The position numbers and the translations under genes were made by a program. The notes under the pieces are model-generated. The model had not been told where the DNA came from. It saw nothing but the letters and a program-made list of their open reading frames with translations, and searched no databases. Below are positions 45,525 to 51,214 of a DNA stretch of 64,000 bases, piece after piece. The stretch's first letter is position 1, and the number at the start of each line of letters is the position of its first letter. Origin of the DNA: a virus; the IMG/VR virus record IMGVR_UViG_3300037095_000059; one strand, given 5' to 3'.

Positions 45525-45600
45525 TGGTGCCTCGCCAGGGAATTGAACCCTGTCCAATCGGCTTAAAAGGCCGTTATGCCAGCCATCACACTCACGAGGC
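45525..45600 (-). tRNA. tRNA-Lys (UUU)
   Basis: Acceptor GCCTCGT/GCGAGGC, T-arm CAGGG-TTCAATT-CCCTG, loop CTTTTAA. Confidence 0.75.
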
Positions 45601-45648
45601 AACGTTTGTCGTCCTCGGATTTTCGACTTGTCATAACGTCCTCCAAAA

Positions 45649-45725
45649 TGGTGGGTCGCCAGGAACTCGAATCCTGCTCTGTCGGGTAAGAACCGACTGC
45701 TTCAAACCATCAAAGCTTGCAACCC
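45649..45725 (-). tRNA. tRNA-Lys (CUU)
   Basis: Acceptor GGGTTGC/GCGACCC, T-arm CAGGA-TTCGAGT-TCCTG, arm GTCGG-TTCTTAC-CCGAC. Confidence 0.8.
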
Positions 45726-45726
45726 G

Positions 45727-45820
45727 TGGTAGGCGACCAGGGGGTCGAACCCTGCCGTTGCGCTATTCGAGGCGCTCTCCCGGGGATATAAAGCCCAGCC
45801 GCACACCGATGCTATCGCCC
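45727..45820 (-). tRNA. class II (long-arm) tRNA, anticodon not assignable by eye
   Basis: 94 nt. Acceptor GGGCGAT/GTCGCCT, T-arm CAGGG-TTCGACC-CCCTG, long extra arm GCGC-CTCGAATA-GCGC. The anticodon region GGGC-TTTATAT-CCCC can be registered as UAU or UUA. Confidence 0.6.
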
Positions 45821-46186
45821 AAAACTTTTGTCCATTAACCGGACAATATCCTTCTTCAACTGTGCAACCTTCGCGGGCGGCATGTACAACTCGCCCTTCT
45901 TGACCAAGGCTATTCCTCCCTTTTTCACCGTGCCGCCTTTGTGAAAAGTAGCGGGAGACGCTTTGCTAAAATTGGGAGTCGGCAGGCTCGGGGTGTAGCT
46001 GGGGCCCGGGGCTTGCCTTGTATTCGCTTGTAGATCGTCTGTTGTTGCTGCGCGAGCAGCGGCGTTCTTGGCTTCAGCGGCCTGCATAGCAGAGCCCACG
46101 GCCCCGACGGCGGACCCTACTTTCTGCTTAGTGGTCTGCGGTGTTTTGGAGTCCGGTTTGTCGGTGCCTACCATTGCGTTTGCCAC
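45812..46186 (-). CDS. hypothetical protein, 124 aa
   Basis: Track ORF. The 3-prime end overlaps the tRNA by 9 nt and contains a motif copy (..VRLMD..). Confidence 0.5.
   Translation of the reverse strand: MANAMVGTDKPDSKTPQTTKQKVGSAVGAVGSAMQAAEAKNAAARAATTDDLQANTRQAPGPSYTPSLPTPNFSKASPATFHKGGTVKKGGIALVKKGELYMPPAKVAQLKKDIVRLMDKSFGR
45830..45844. repeat. 15-bp motif copy
   Basis: GTCCATTAACCGGAC; near the C-terminus of the 124-aa CDS. Confidence 0.9.
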
Positions 46187-46326
46187 GTATTCTCCTTGTG
46201 TTGTCTTGGTGCCGCACGAGCTAATCGAAAGCTAACTCCGAAGTCCTTATGAGAGACTCGTCCAACCTTTGGTGCGCGGCTTACGCAAACTGCGTACATT
46301 TGTACTCAAAACGAGTACATTCAAAA

Positions 46327-46401
46327 TGGCAGGAGATGTAGGATTTTAACCTACAAGTTCCGTTTTGGAGACGGACAGTTTGACATTGAGCTTAATCTCC
46401 C
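46327..46401 (-). tRNA. tRNA-Trp (CCA)
   Basis: Acceptor GGGAGAT/ATCTCCT, T-arm GTAGG-TTAAAAT-CCTAC, arm TCCGT-CTCCAAA-ACGGA. Confidence 0.8.
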
Positions 46402-46408
46402 GTAAAAC

Positions 46409-46483
46409 TGGTGCCCGGTAGAGGAGTCTAACCTCTGTCTCGAAGTTCGTAGCTTCGTGTCTTATACGTTATACGAACCGGAC
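46409..46483 (-). tRNA. tRNA-Arg (ACG)
   Basis: Acceptor GTCCGGT/ACCGGGC, T-arm AGAGG-TTAGACT-CCTCT, arm CGAAG-CTACGAA-CTTCG. Confidence 0.8.
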
Positions 46484-46554
46484 TCAGCGCGAATCGAATC
46501 GAACGATTTCCACGAGCATCCGAGGCTCGGAGGCGACCACTACCCCACGCACTG
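46484..46554 (-). tRNA. tRNA-Pro (CGG)
   Basis: Acceptor CAGTGCG/CGCGCTG (C1:G72, A73), T-arm AATCG-TTCGATT-CGATT, arm CGAGC-CTCGGAT-GCTCG. CCA not encoded. Confidence 0.75.
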
Positions 46555-46561
46555 CTTAATA

Positions 46562-46637
46562 TGGTCAGCGGGCCGGGCTCCGCTTCCGGGACACGTGCTT
46601 CCGGAGCACGGAGGTTACTAGGCTACACTACCCACTG
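46562..46637 (-). tRNA. tRNA-Pro-like (CGG), atypical T-loop
   Basis: Acceptor CAGTGGG/CCCGCTG, arm CGTGC-TCCGGAA-GCACG, T-loop AGCGGAG, C at position 33. Confidence 0.55.
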
Positions 46638-46643
46638 ATAAAT

Positions 46644-46717
46644 TGGTCTGGGAGGGGAATTATGCTATCCCGACACAAGCTTCCAGAGCTTGGATGTTTC
46701 TTCTACACTACTCCCAG
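46644..46717 (-). tRNA. tRNA-Pro (UGG), atypical T-loop
   Basis: Acceptor CTGGGAG/CTCCCAG, arm CAAGC-TCTGGAA-GCTTG. The T-arm is irregular. Confidence 0.6.
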
Positions 46718-46718
46718 G

Positions 46719-46795
46719 TGGTCAGGGCGGTGGGAAATCGAACCCACTCCACAAGTCTCCCAGACTTGGATGCACAACCTCTACACTACACCCTG
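46719..46795 (-). tRNA. tRNA-Pro (GGG)
   Basis: Acceptor CAGGGTG/CGCCCTG, arm CAAGT-CTGGGAG-ACTTG, T-arm GTGGG-TTCGATTT-CCCAC. Confidence 0.7.
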
Positions 46796-46803
46796 ATAAA
46801 ACA

Positions 46804-46881
46804 TGGTGCGGATTCAGCGAATCGAACGCTGTTCTTTCGCTCTTCAGGCGAACGCTAAATCACCAGACTAGCTCAATCCGC
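46804..46881 (-). tRNA. tRNA-Phe (GAA)
   Basis: Acceptor GCGGATT/AATCCGC, T-arm CAGCG-TTCGATT-CGCTG, arm TTCGC-CTGAAGA-GCGAA. Confidence 0.85.
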
Positions 46882-47049
46882 AAAACTGTGCGTGGTCTCT
46901 CCCCGCCGTCACTCCACTCAGCCCCAGGCGATCAACGGGAGACTGCTGCCGCAGGTGTCGCGGTTCTCAGCTTTGGTGGACCAGGAGGGGCTTGATTCCT
47001 CGCGCAGACGCTTGCATCCATCTGAAAGTACTGGCCCATTGTTAAACCA

Positions 47050-47274
47050 CTACCAAATATCCCATGCCACAGTCTTTTTCACAGCAGGCATTTCTTTCTC
47101 CTGCGCGACTGCTGCCGTTGCAGCACGTCGATACTTGCGATTCCTGATCTTTGCCCAGGATTTACGCCCCGGCCATGCTCCACCATAAGCGCCAGGATAA
47201 CCACAGAGTTTGCGCCACGCCTCACGAGTCGCTTCCTGTATCTTCCAAGGCATCGTGTTAATCGTTCGGGACAC
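47050..47274 (-). CDS. small basic protein, 74 aa, inside the tRNA array
   Basis: Track ORF. GTG start 6 nt after GAGGAG. Confidence 0.45.
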   Translation of the reverse strand: MSRTINTMPWKIQEATREAWRKLCGYPGAYGGAWPGRKSWAKIRNRKYRRAATAAVAQEKEMPAVKKTVAWDIW

Positions 47275-47347
47275 AACTTACTCCTCAAACTTGGTGGAGC
47301 CTGTTGTCAGCCACCGGATCGCGCCCGGCCCCATGATGGTTTACATT

Positions 47348-47422
47348 TGGTGGAAAAGAGGAGAATCGAACTCCTACCTACTGGGTGCAGACCAGTCGTG
47401 CTCCCATTACCACTACTTCCCC
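47348..47422 (-). tRNA. tRNA-Ala (UGC)
   Basis: Acceptor GGGGAAG/CTTTTCC with G3:U70, T-arm AGGAG-TTCGATT-CTCCT, arm ACTGG-TCTGCAC-CCAGT. Confidence 0.75.
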
Positions 47423-47597
47423 ACATTTCAAACTTACGCCGAGGTCCTACCTTAGATGATGGTGCGGAACTCACCGCATATTCCAGGGAGAGTCGAACTC
47501 CCGTTTCTCGGCGCTTCTCGCCAGACGCTTTACCCAAAGCTACTAGGTGGTTTTACCCGGGCCTAGTCCGGACTCGAACCGGATTCTTCTGGCTGCT

Positions 47598-47673
47598 TGG
47601 AGGGAAGGGGACGAGTTGAACGTCCTAGAGAGTGGATTCACAGACCACCGCCGCACCGTTTGGCTTCCGACCC
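47598..47673 (-). tRNA. tRNA-His-like (GUG)
   Basis: T-arm GGACG-TTCAACT-CGTCC, arm GTGGT-CTGTGAA-TCCAC, CCA encoded. The acceptor GGGTCGG/CCTTCCC has two internal mismatches. Confidence 0.55.
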
Positions 47674-47781
47674 AAAATTTTCCGAGCTTTAGGCTGATCT
47701 GCTGGCCAGCTAAAGGGCTAGGCCCACGATCAACTTTTCACTGCACCCTATTTCTAGGGGGTACCCGGTGTAGGACTTGTT

Positions 47782-47796
47782 GTCCATTACCTGGAC
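47782..47796. repeat. 15-bp motif copy
   Basis: GTCCATTACCTGGAC; tRNA-array spacer. Confidence 0.9.
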
Positions 47797-47880
47797 GAAT
47801 CTTGAAGCAAGGTTTACTCTGAAACCCGGCAGAAAAGTCAGACCACTTCGTTTGGTAGAACCAGGCAGGTGTCGCCTGTG

Positions 47881-47955
47881 TGGAGCGCCCGGACAGATTC
47901 AAACTGCCTTCTCCCGGGTACAGGCCGGGCGAATCTTCTGGTATTCTTCAGGCGC
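47881..47955 (-). tRNA. tRNA-Thr (UGU)
   Basis: Acceptor GCGCCTG/CGGGCGC, arm CCCGG-CCTGTAC-CCGGG, T-loop TTTGAAT. Confidence 0.75.
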
Positions 47956-48024
47956 AAATCTCAACTAAAGACATTGTACCACAGCAGTCTTCAGCTTGTC
48001 AACAACTATTTCAGAAAAACTTTG

Positions 48025-48098
48025 TGGAGCCGACGAGGGGAGTTCAACCCCTATTTCTGACGTACCAGGTCAGCGTTGTAGCGTTGAACCACATCGGC
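48025..48098 (-). tRNA. tRNA-Thr (GGU)
   Basis: Acceptor GCCGATG/CGTCGGC, T-arm AGGGG-TTGAACT-CCCCT, arm CTGAC-CTGGTAC-GTCAG. Confidence 0.8.
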
Positions 48099-48099
48099 T

Positions 48100-48173
48100 T
48101 GGAGCCCGGTCGGGGAATTCAACCCCGGTCTTCGCGGTACGAAGGCGAAAGTCTAGCACTGACCTAACCAGGC
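48100..48173 (-). tRNA. tRNA-Thr (CGU)
   Basis: Acceptor GCCTGGT/ACCGGGC, T-arm CGGGG-TTGAATT-CCCCG, loop TTCGTAC. Confidence 0.75.
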
Positions 48174-48176
48174 GTT

Positions 48177-48191
48177 GTCCATTATCTGGAC
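48177..48191. repeat. 15-bp motif copy
   Basis: GTCCATTATCTGGAC; 3 nt from the tRNA-Thr 5-prime end. Confidence 0.9.
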
Positions 48192-48375
48192 GAAACATTG
48201 CCGCTTGAGGGCCGGATGCTTCCCCGGCTTTTACGAACCGCGTGGTAGGGCGGCCAACCTCGGAGTGCGCATCTCCTGCGGCAAACTAATCGCGCCGTTC
48301 CGACCTGCTTAGACCTTCCATAGAAGGCGAGGTTTGCAACCCTCGACAGGCACCTTTCTGGATACTGCGCGAACT

Positions 48376-48450
48376 TGGAGCGAAGGACCAGACTCGAACT
48401 GGCGTCTACGGACTGGCAATCCGAGGTACTAGCCGCTGTACGACCTTCGC
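48376..48450 (-). tRNA. tRNA-Gly (GCC)
   Basis: Acceptor GCGAAGG/CCTTCGC, T-arm GCCAG-TTCGAGT-CTGGT, loop TTGCCAG. Confidence 0.8.
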
Positions 48451-48455
48451 AAAAA

Positions 48456-48530
48456 TGGCAGGGGGTACTGGAATTGAACCAGTCTTCAGGGCTTCAAAGA
48501 CCCTTACCTAAACCAATCGGTCAACCCCCT
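48456..48530 (-). tRNA. tRNA-Gln (UUG)
   Basis: Acceptor AGGGGGT/ACCCCCT, T-arm ACTGG-TTCAATT-CCAGT, arm AGGGT-CTTTGAA-GCCCT. Confidence 0.8.
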
Positions 48531-48535
48531 AAACT

Positions 48536-48609
48536 TGGCTCGGGCAGATGGAATCCAACCACCGCCATTCGGGTCAGAGCCGAATGTCCTAGCACTAAAC
48601 GATGCCCGA
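48536..48609 (-). tRNA. tRNA-Gln (CUG)
   Basis: Acceptor TCGGGCA/TGCCCGA, arm TTCGG-CTCTGAC-CCGAA, T-loop TTGGATT. Confidence 0.75.
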
Positions 48610-48617
48610 TTAAATTT

Positions 48618-48693
48618 TGGCTCACCCGGAGGGCCACGATCCCCCAACCTCTCGGTTAACAGCCGAGCGTTCTGCCAATTGAACTACAGGTGA
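48618..48693 (-). tRNA. tRNA-Asn (GUU)
   Basis: Acceptor TCACCTG/CGGGTGA, arm CTCGG-CTGTTAA-CCGAG. T-loop ATCGTGG is atypical. Confidence 0.7.
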
Positions 48694-48703
48694 ACATTAA
48701 ACT

Positions 48704-48780
48704 TGGTAGGGTTGATGGAGCTTGCATCCATTAGGGCCTGCGTGAAGGGCAGGGTGCTCGACTACTTTGCATTCAACCCC
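48704..48780 (-). tRNA. tRNA-Glu (UUC)
   Basis: Acceptor GGGGTTG/CAACCCT, arm CCTGC-CCTTCAC-GCAGG, T-arm ATGGA-TGCAAGC-TCCAT (atypical loop). Confidence 0.7.
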
Positions 48781-48788
48781 AAAACTAA

Positions 48789-48866
48789 AACGGATGGTGG
48801 CCCTACACTTCTTACGCCACTGTCGATGAGGCTTAACTTCCCCTCGTTGCCGAGTGTTGCATCCGT
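48789..48866 (-). ncRNA. tRNA-sized element with a perfect acceptor-like stem but a non-canonical interior
   Basis: ACGGATG...CATCCGT (7 bp) encloses 64 nt. I could not draw standard D, anticodon or T arms. Confidence 0.35.
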
Positions 48867-48872
48867 TTAACT

Positions 48873-48946
48873 TGGCGGCCTACCAGGGAGTCAAACCCTG
48901 ATCGTGAGGATGAGGACCTCACATCCTGTCGTTAGAAGAGTAGGCC
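48873..48946 (-). tRNA. tRNA-Glu (CUC)
   Basis: Acceptor GGCCTAC/GTAGGCC, T-arm CAGGG-TTTGACT-CCCTG, arm TGAGG-TCCTCAT-CCTCA. Confidence 0.8.
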
Positions 48947-49220
48947 AAAACATGGCCGACTTACATCCCGAAGGAAAGCGGCAAAACTTTGCCGGTCTTT
49001 CCCGGCGGTCAGGAGTAGCACTAATCGAGCCTTCTTAACCACGCTCGGGTGGAACCATCAAGGTGAGGGGTTGCCCACGGTTTCCAAACCGTCTCGTTAC
49101 TGGACTTCGCTGTGCTCACCACAGCCGCCCTATCCGAGTAGCGCGGAAGAAGGGTGCTCAATTAGCTCCTTGAGACGGAGGGGAGCCTGTACAAGCCTAC
49201 CGGCGGGTACAACATCAAAA

Positions 49221-49299
49221 TGGCGCGAGCGAGGGGACTCGAACCCCCGAATAAATCCTCATGGACAGTGAGGTGCAGTTGCCGCTGTGCTACGCCCGC
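49221..49299 (-). tRNA. tRNA-Asp (GUC)
   Basis: Acceptor GCGGGCG/CGCTCGC, T-arm GGGGG-TTCGAGT-CCCCT, arm CCTCA-CTGTCCA-TGAGG. Confidence 0.8.
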
Positions 49300-49460
49300 G
49301 TAAGATTGTACTCCAGATTATAAGAGATGAATTTTATCACATCTCCCGCTGCCGGGGTATTAAGTCCATTGTCTGGATGAAGTTCGCAGTATTTGTCCCA
49401 CGCAGTCTTGTGCGGACATGGTCTGCTGTAATAATTAGAAATACATTCTTCCAGATTCAT
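49290..49460 (-). CDS. small protein, 56 aa, inside the tRNA array
   Basis: Not in the track. ATG 49460 after GAGGAAGC. MNLEECISNYYSRPCPHKTAWDKYCELHPDNGL...; the stop overlaps the tRNA-Asp 5-prime end. Confidence 0.4.
   Translation of the reverse strand: MNLEECISNYYSRPCPHKTAWDKYCELHPDNGLNTPAAGDVIKFISYNLEYNLTRA
49364..49378. repeat. 15-bp motif, degenerate copy
   Basis: GTCCATTGTCTGGAT; encodes HPDNG in the 56-aa ORF. Confidence 0.5.
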
Positions 49461-49472
49461 GCTTCCTCAAAT

Positions 49473-49549
49473 TGGTTCAGGGAGGGCGATTCGAACGCCG
49501 CTATTCATTCGAGCTTATGAGGCTGAATGCCACACCAACGGGCCCCTGT
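49473..49549 (-). tRNA. tRNA with CAU anticodon (Met/fMet/Ile2 type)
   Basis: T-arm GGCG-TTCGAAT-CGCC, anticodon loop CTCATAA, acceptor ACAGGGG/TCCCTGA with a 1:72 mismatch. The D arm is irregular. Confidence 0.55.
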
Positions 49550-49570
49550 ATAAACATTATACCACAAAAC

Positions 49571-49661
49571 TGGTGCAAGCAGAGGGATTCGAACCCCCAA
49601 TGTCATCAAAGATAATCCAGATTTACAGTCTGGCGCACCCAACCGTATGTGCCTTACTTGC
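49571..49661 (-). tRNA. tRNA-Tyr (GUA), class II
   Basis: 91 nt. Acceptor GCAAGTA/TGCTTGC, arm CCAGA-CTGTAAA-TCTGG, T-arm GGGGG-TTCGAAT-CCCTC. Confidence 0.85.
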
Positions 49662-49662
49662 G

Positions 49663-49747
49663 TGGAGGAGAGCAGCCGAATCGAACGGCCATCCTTGCGG
49701 AGCCCCGGTTTTCAAGACCGGCTGTATCACCATCAACAGTGCTCTCC
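49663..49747 (-). tRNA. tRNA-Ser (UGA), class II
   Basis: 85 nt. Acceptor GGAGAGC/GCTCTCC, arm CCGGT-CTTGAAA-ACCGG, T-arm GGCCG-TTCGATT-CGGCT. Confidence 0.85.
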
Positions 49748-49993
49748 AAAACTTACCGCAATCCCTGCGGCCTCACTTTCTGAGCGGTTCAGAGGAAGTG
49801 TGTTCAGTAACCCCGAATCCAGGGTGAGCCTTACAGACCGCTAGCGGTACAACGTCAAAACTTAACTCCCCGACTTCTACGCGACACCTTGCTGAGCTTG
49901 TCAGGGCCAGCCGGGCTCGGGGAACCGGGTCATATTCCAACCCTTTGACAAGGGAATAAGGAACAGGGGACGACCGGCGGCACACGTCAAACA

Positions 49994-50080
49994 TGGCGGA
50001 AGATGAAGTATCGAAACCTTGTCCATTATCTGGACAGCACCGGGTTCGAGCCGGTTTGGGCACCTTGCCCGCCATCTTCC
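49994..50080 (-). tRNA. tRNA-Ser (CGA), class II, extra arm formed by the 15-bp motif
   Basis: 87 nt. Acceptor GGAAGAT/ATCTTCC, arm ACCGG-CTCGAAC-CCGGT, extra arm GTCC-AGATAAT-GGAC. The T-stem is weak. Confidence 0.65.
50021..50035. repeat. 15-bp motif copy
   Basis: GTCCATTATCTGGAC; forms the variable arm of tRNA-Ser(CGA). Confidence 0.9.
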
Positions 50081-50085
50081 TAAAA

Positions 50086-50171
50086 TGGCGGAAAGTACAG
50101 AACTCGAATCTGAATCCTTGCGGATCGCACCGCTTTCCAAGCGGGCCCAGGCCCTGCCCGGTCTACTTTCC
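50086..50171 (-). tRNA. tRNA-Ser (GGA), class II
   Basis: 86 nt. Acceptor GGAAAGT/ACTTTCC, loop TTGGAAA, T-arm TCAGA-TTCGAGT-TCTGT. Confidence 0.8.
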
Positions 50172-50217
50172 ATTAAGGAAAAACTACCTACTTTTTCTTG
50201 CACAAAACTTGACAAAA

Positions 50218-50305
50218 TGGCGGAAGAGGGGAGACTCGAACTCCCAATACCCGAAGGTATCGCTGCCTTAGCAGAGCAGTGCAGTACCAATTGTGCCACT
50301 CTTCC
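50218..50305 (-). tRNA. tRNA-Ser (GCU), class II
   Basis: 88 nt. Acceptor GGAAGAG/CTCTTCC, arm CTGCT-CTGCTAA-GGCAG, T-arm GGGAG-TTCGAGT-CTCCC. Confidence 0.85.
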
Positions 50306-50310
50306 AAACT

Positions 50311-50393
50311 TGGTGCCGATGAGGGGGATCGAACCCCTACCCCGAAGGACTAGGTTTTGAATCTAGCGTGGCTCCCAATTACACCACATCGGC
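50311..50393 (-). tRNA. tRNA-Leu (CAA), class II
   Basis: 83 nt. Acceptor GCCGATG/CATCGGC, loop TTCAAAA, T-arm AGGGG-TTCGATC-CCCCT. Confidence 0.8.
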
Positions 50394-50397
50394 AAAG

Positions 50398-50568
50398 CTA
50401 CTCTTCGTCACACCCGACGTACTCAGACAAAGCGTCGGCAGCCTCGACGTAAGCCCGGCGAAGTTTGTGAAACTCTTCGTCCTTGACTTCGGAAAAATCA
50501 CTGTAATTCCGGAAGGCATAATCGAAGCCTTCGTTCTCGACGCAAGCTGCAACTTCCCAGAGCTTCAT
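50398..50568 (-). CDS. small acidic protein, 56 aa, inside the tRNA array
   Basis: Track ORF 50398..50700 overlaps two tRNAs, so it was trimmed to ATG 50568 after AGGAGGAAAG. Confidence 0.5.
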   Translation of the reverse strand: MKLWEVAACVENEGFDYAFRNYSDFSEVKDEEFHKLRRAYVEAADALSEYVGCDEE

Positions 50569-50583
50569 CTTTCCTCCTAATCT

Positions 50584-50669
50584 TGGTGCGGTTGAAGAGA
50601 GTCGAACTCTTACGCTTGTTACGGCGTCTGGTTCTGAGCCAGGTGCGTCTGCCATTCCGCCACAACCGC
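50584..50669 (-). tRNA. tRNA-Leu (CAG), class II
   Basis: 86 nt. Acceptor GCGGTTG/CAACCGC, loop CTCAGAA, T-arm AAGAG-TTCGACT-CTCTT. Confidence 0.8.
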
Positions 50670-50670
50670 G

Positions 50671-50747
50671 TGGTGCCGTCGAGCGGATTCGAACCGCCAC
50701 TCAATATCTTCTCAGAATATCCCCTCTGCCAATTGGGGTACGACGGC
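50671..50747 (-). tRNA. tRNA with GAG (Leu) anticodon but class I shape
   Basis: 77 nt. Acceptor GCCGTCG/CGACGGC, T-arm GGCGG-TTCGAAT-CCGCT, arm ATATT-CTGAGAA-GATAT. The variable region is only 5 nt. Confidence 0.65.
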
Positions 50748-51137
50748 GATTCCGTTCCATCTTGGAACTAAAACTTTGCCGGATTCTGTTCCCAAGTTCC
50801 GGCAGACTCGGGCGGTTCTTAAGCCGCCATTGGCAATTCGAAAGGAACTGCGTTTAGTTTTCCGTGTCCCGTTACGGTGGGCCACAGCATCCCGGCACGA
50901 AGCTACGGTTCACTGGTTCCGTCGAAACCTGGACGCCCCCTCAATGGTGGAGGCGGCGGGAGTCGAACCCGCGTCCGAAATCATTTCCCCGCAGGGTTGA
51001 CGTGCGTACTTGGGGCCCCTCTTTTAGGCGGGGGTTGAGAACTGAACCGCGCTCGACTGAGAGAGTCTCTGCGGAGCGGGCGGAACAACAACAGCGTTCG
51101 TGGTGATAGTGAACGACATAATCATCACTCGAAACTT
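50748..51137 (-). ncRNA. ssrA: tmRNA (SsrA), circularly permuted two-piece gene; outer ends approximate
   Basis: Acceptor piece ends ...GGGGAAATGATTTCGGAC-GCGGG-TTCGACT-CCCGC-CGCCTCC-A-CCA (CCA at 50945-50947). The coding piece starts 4 nt later at 50940 with GGGGGCG-TCCAGGTTTCGACGG (G3:U70 with the acceptor piece). Tag frame at 50851..50822 is GCA GTT CCT TTC GAA TTG CCA ATG GCG GCT (AVPFELPMAA). The TAA stop (50821-50819) lies in the loop of GGCGG-CTTAAGAA-CCGCC. Confidence 0.75.
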
Positions 51138-51213
51138 TGGAGGACCGTGTCGGAGTCTCGCCGACTAAAGTGGGTTTGCAATCCACTGGTTCCAAAACTT
51201 TACCTTCCGGTCC
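51138..51213 (-). tRNA. tRNA-Cys (GCA)
   Basis: Acceptor GGACCGG/ACGGTCC, T-arm GTCGG-CGAGACT-CCGAC, loop TTGCAAA. Confidence 0.75.
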
Positions 51214-51214
51214 T

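Noticed and set aside
46974-47037. A 64-nt element with acceptor-like pairing GGGCCAG/CTGGTCC and a CCA end
   Set aside because: It is too short for a cloverleaf and no D arm can be drawn. It may be a fragment or minihelix and is left unannotated.
47292-47345. A tRNA-style 3-prime end (TTGGTGGAGCC...) after the 74-aa ORF
   Set aside because: No T-arm follows, and no 5-prime acceptor partner lies at tRNA distance. Only a CCGG-GCGCGAT-CCGG hairpin is present.
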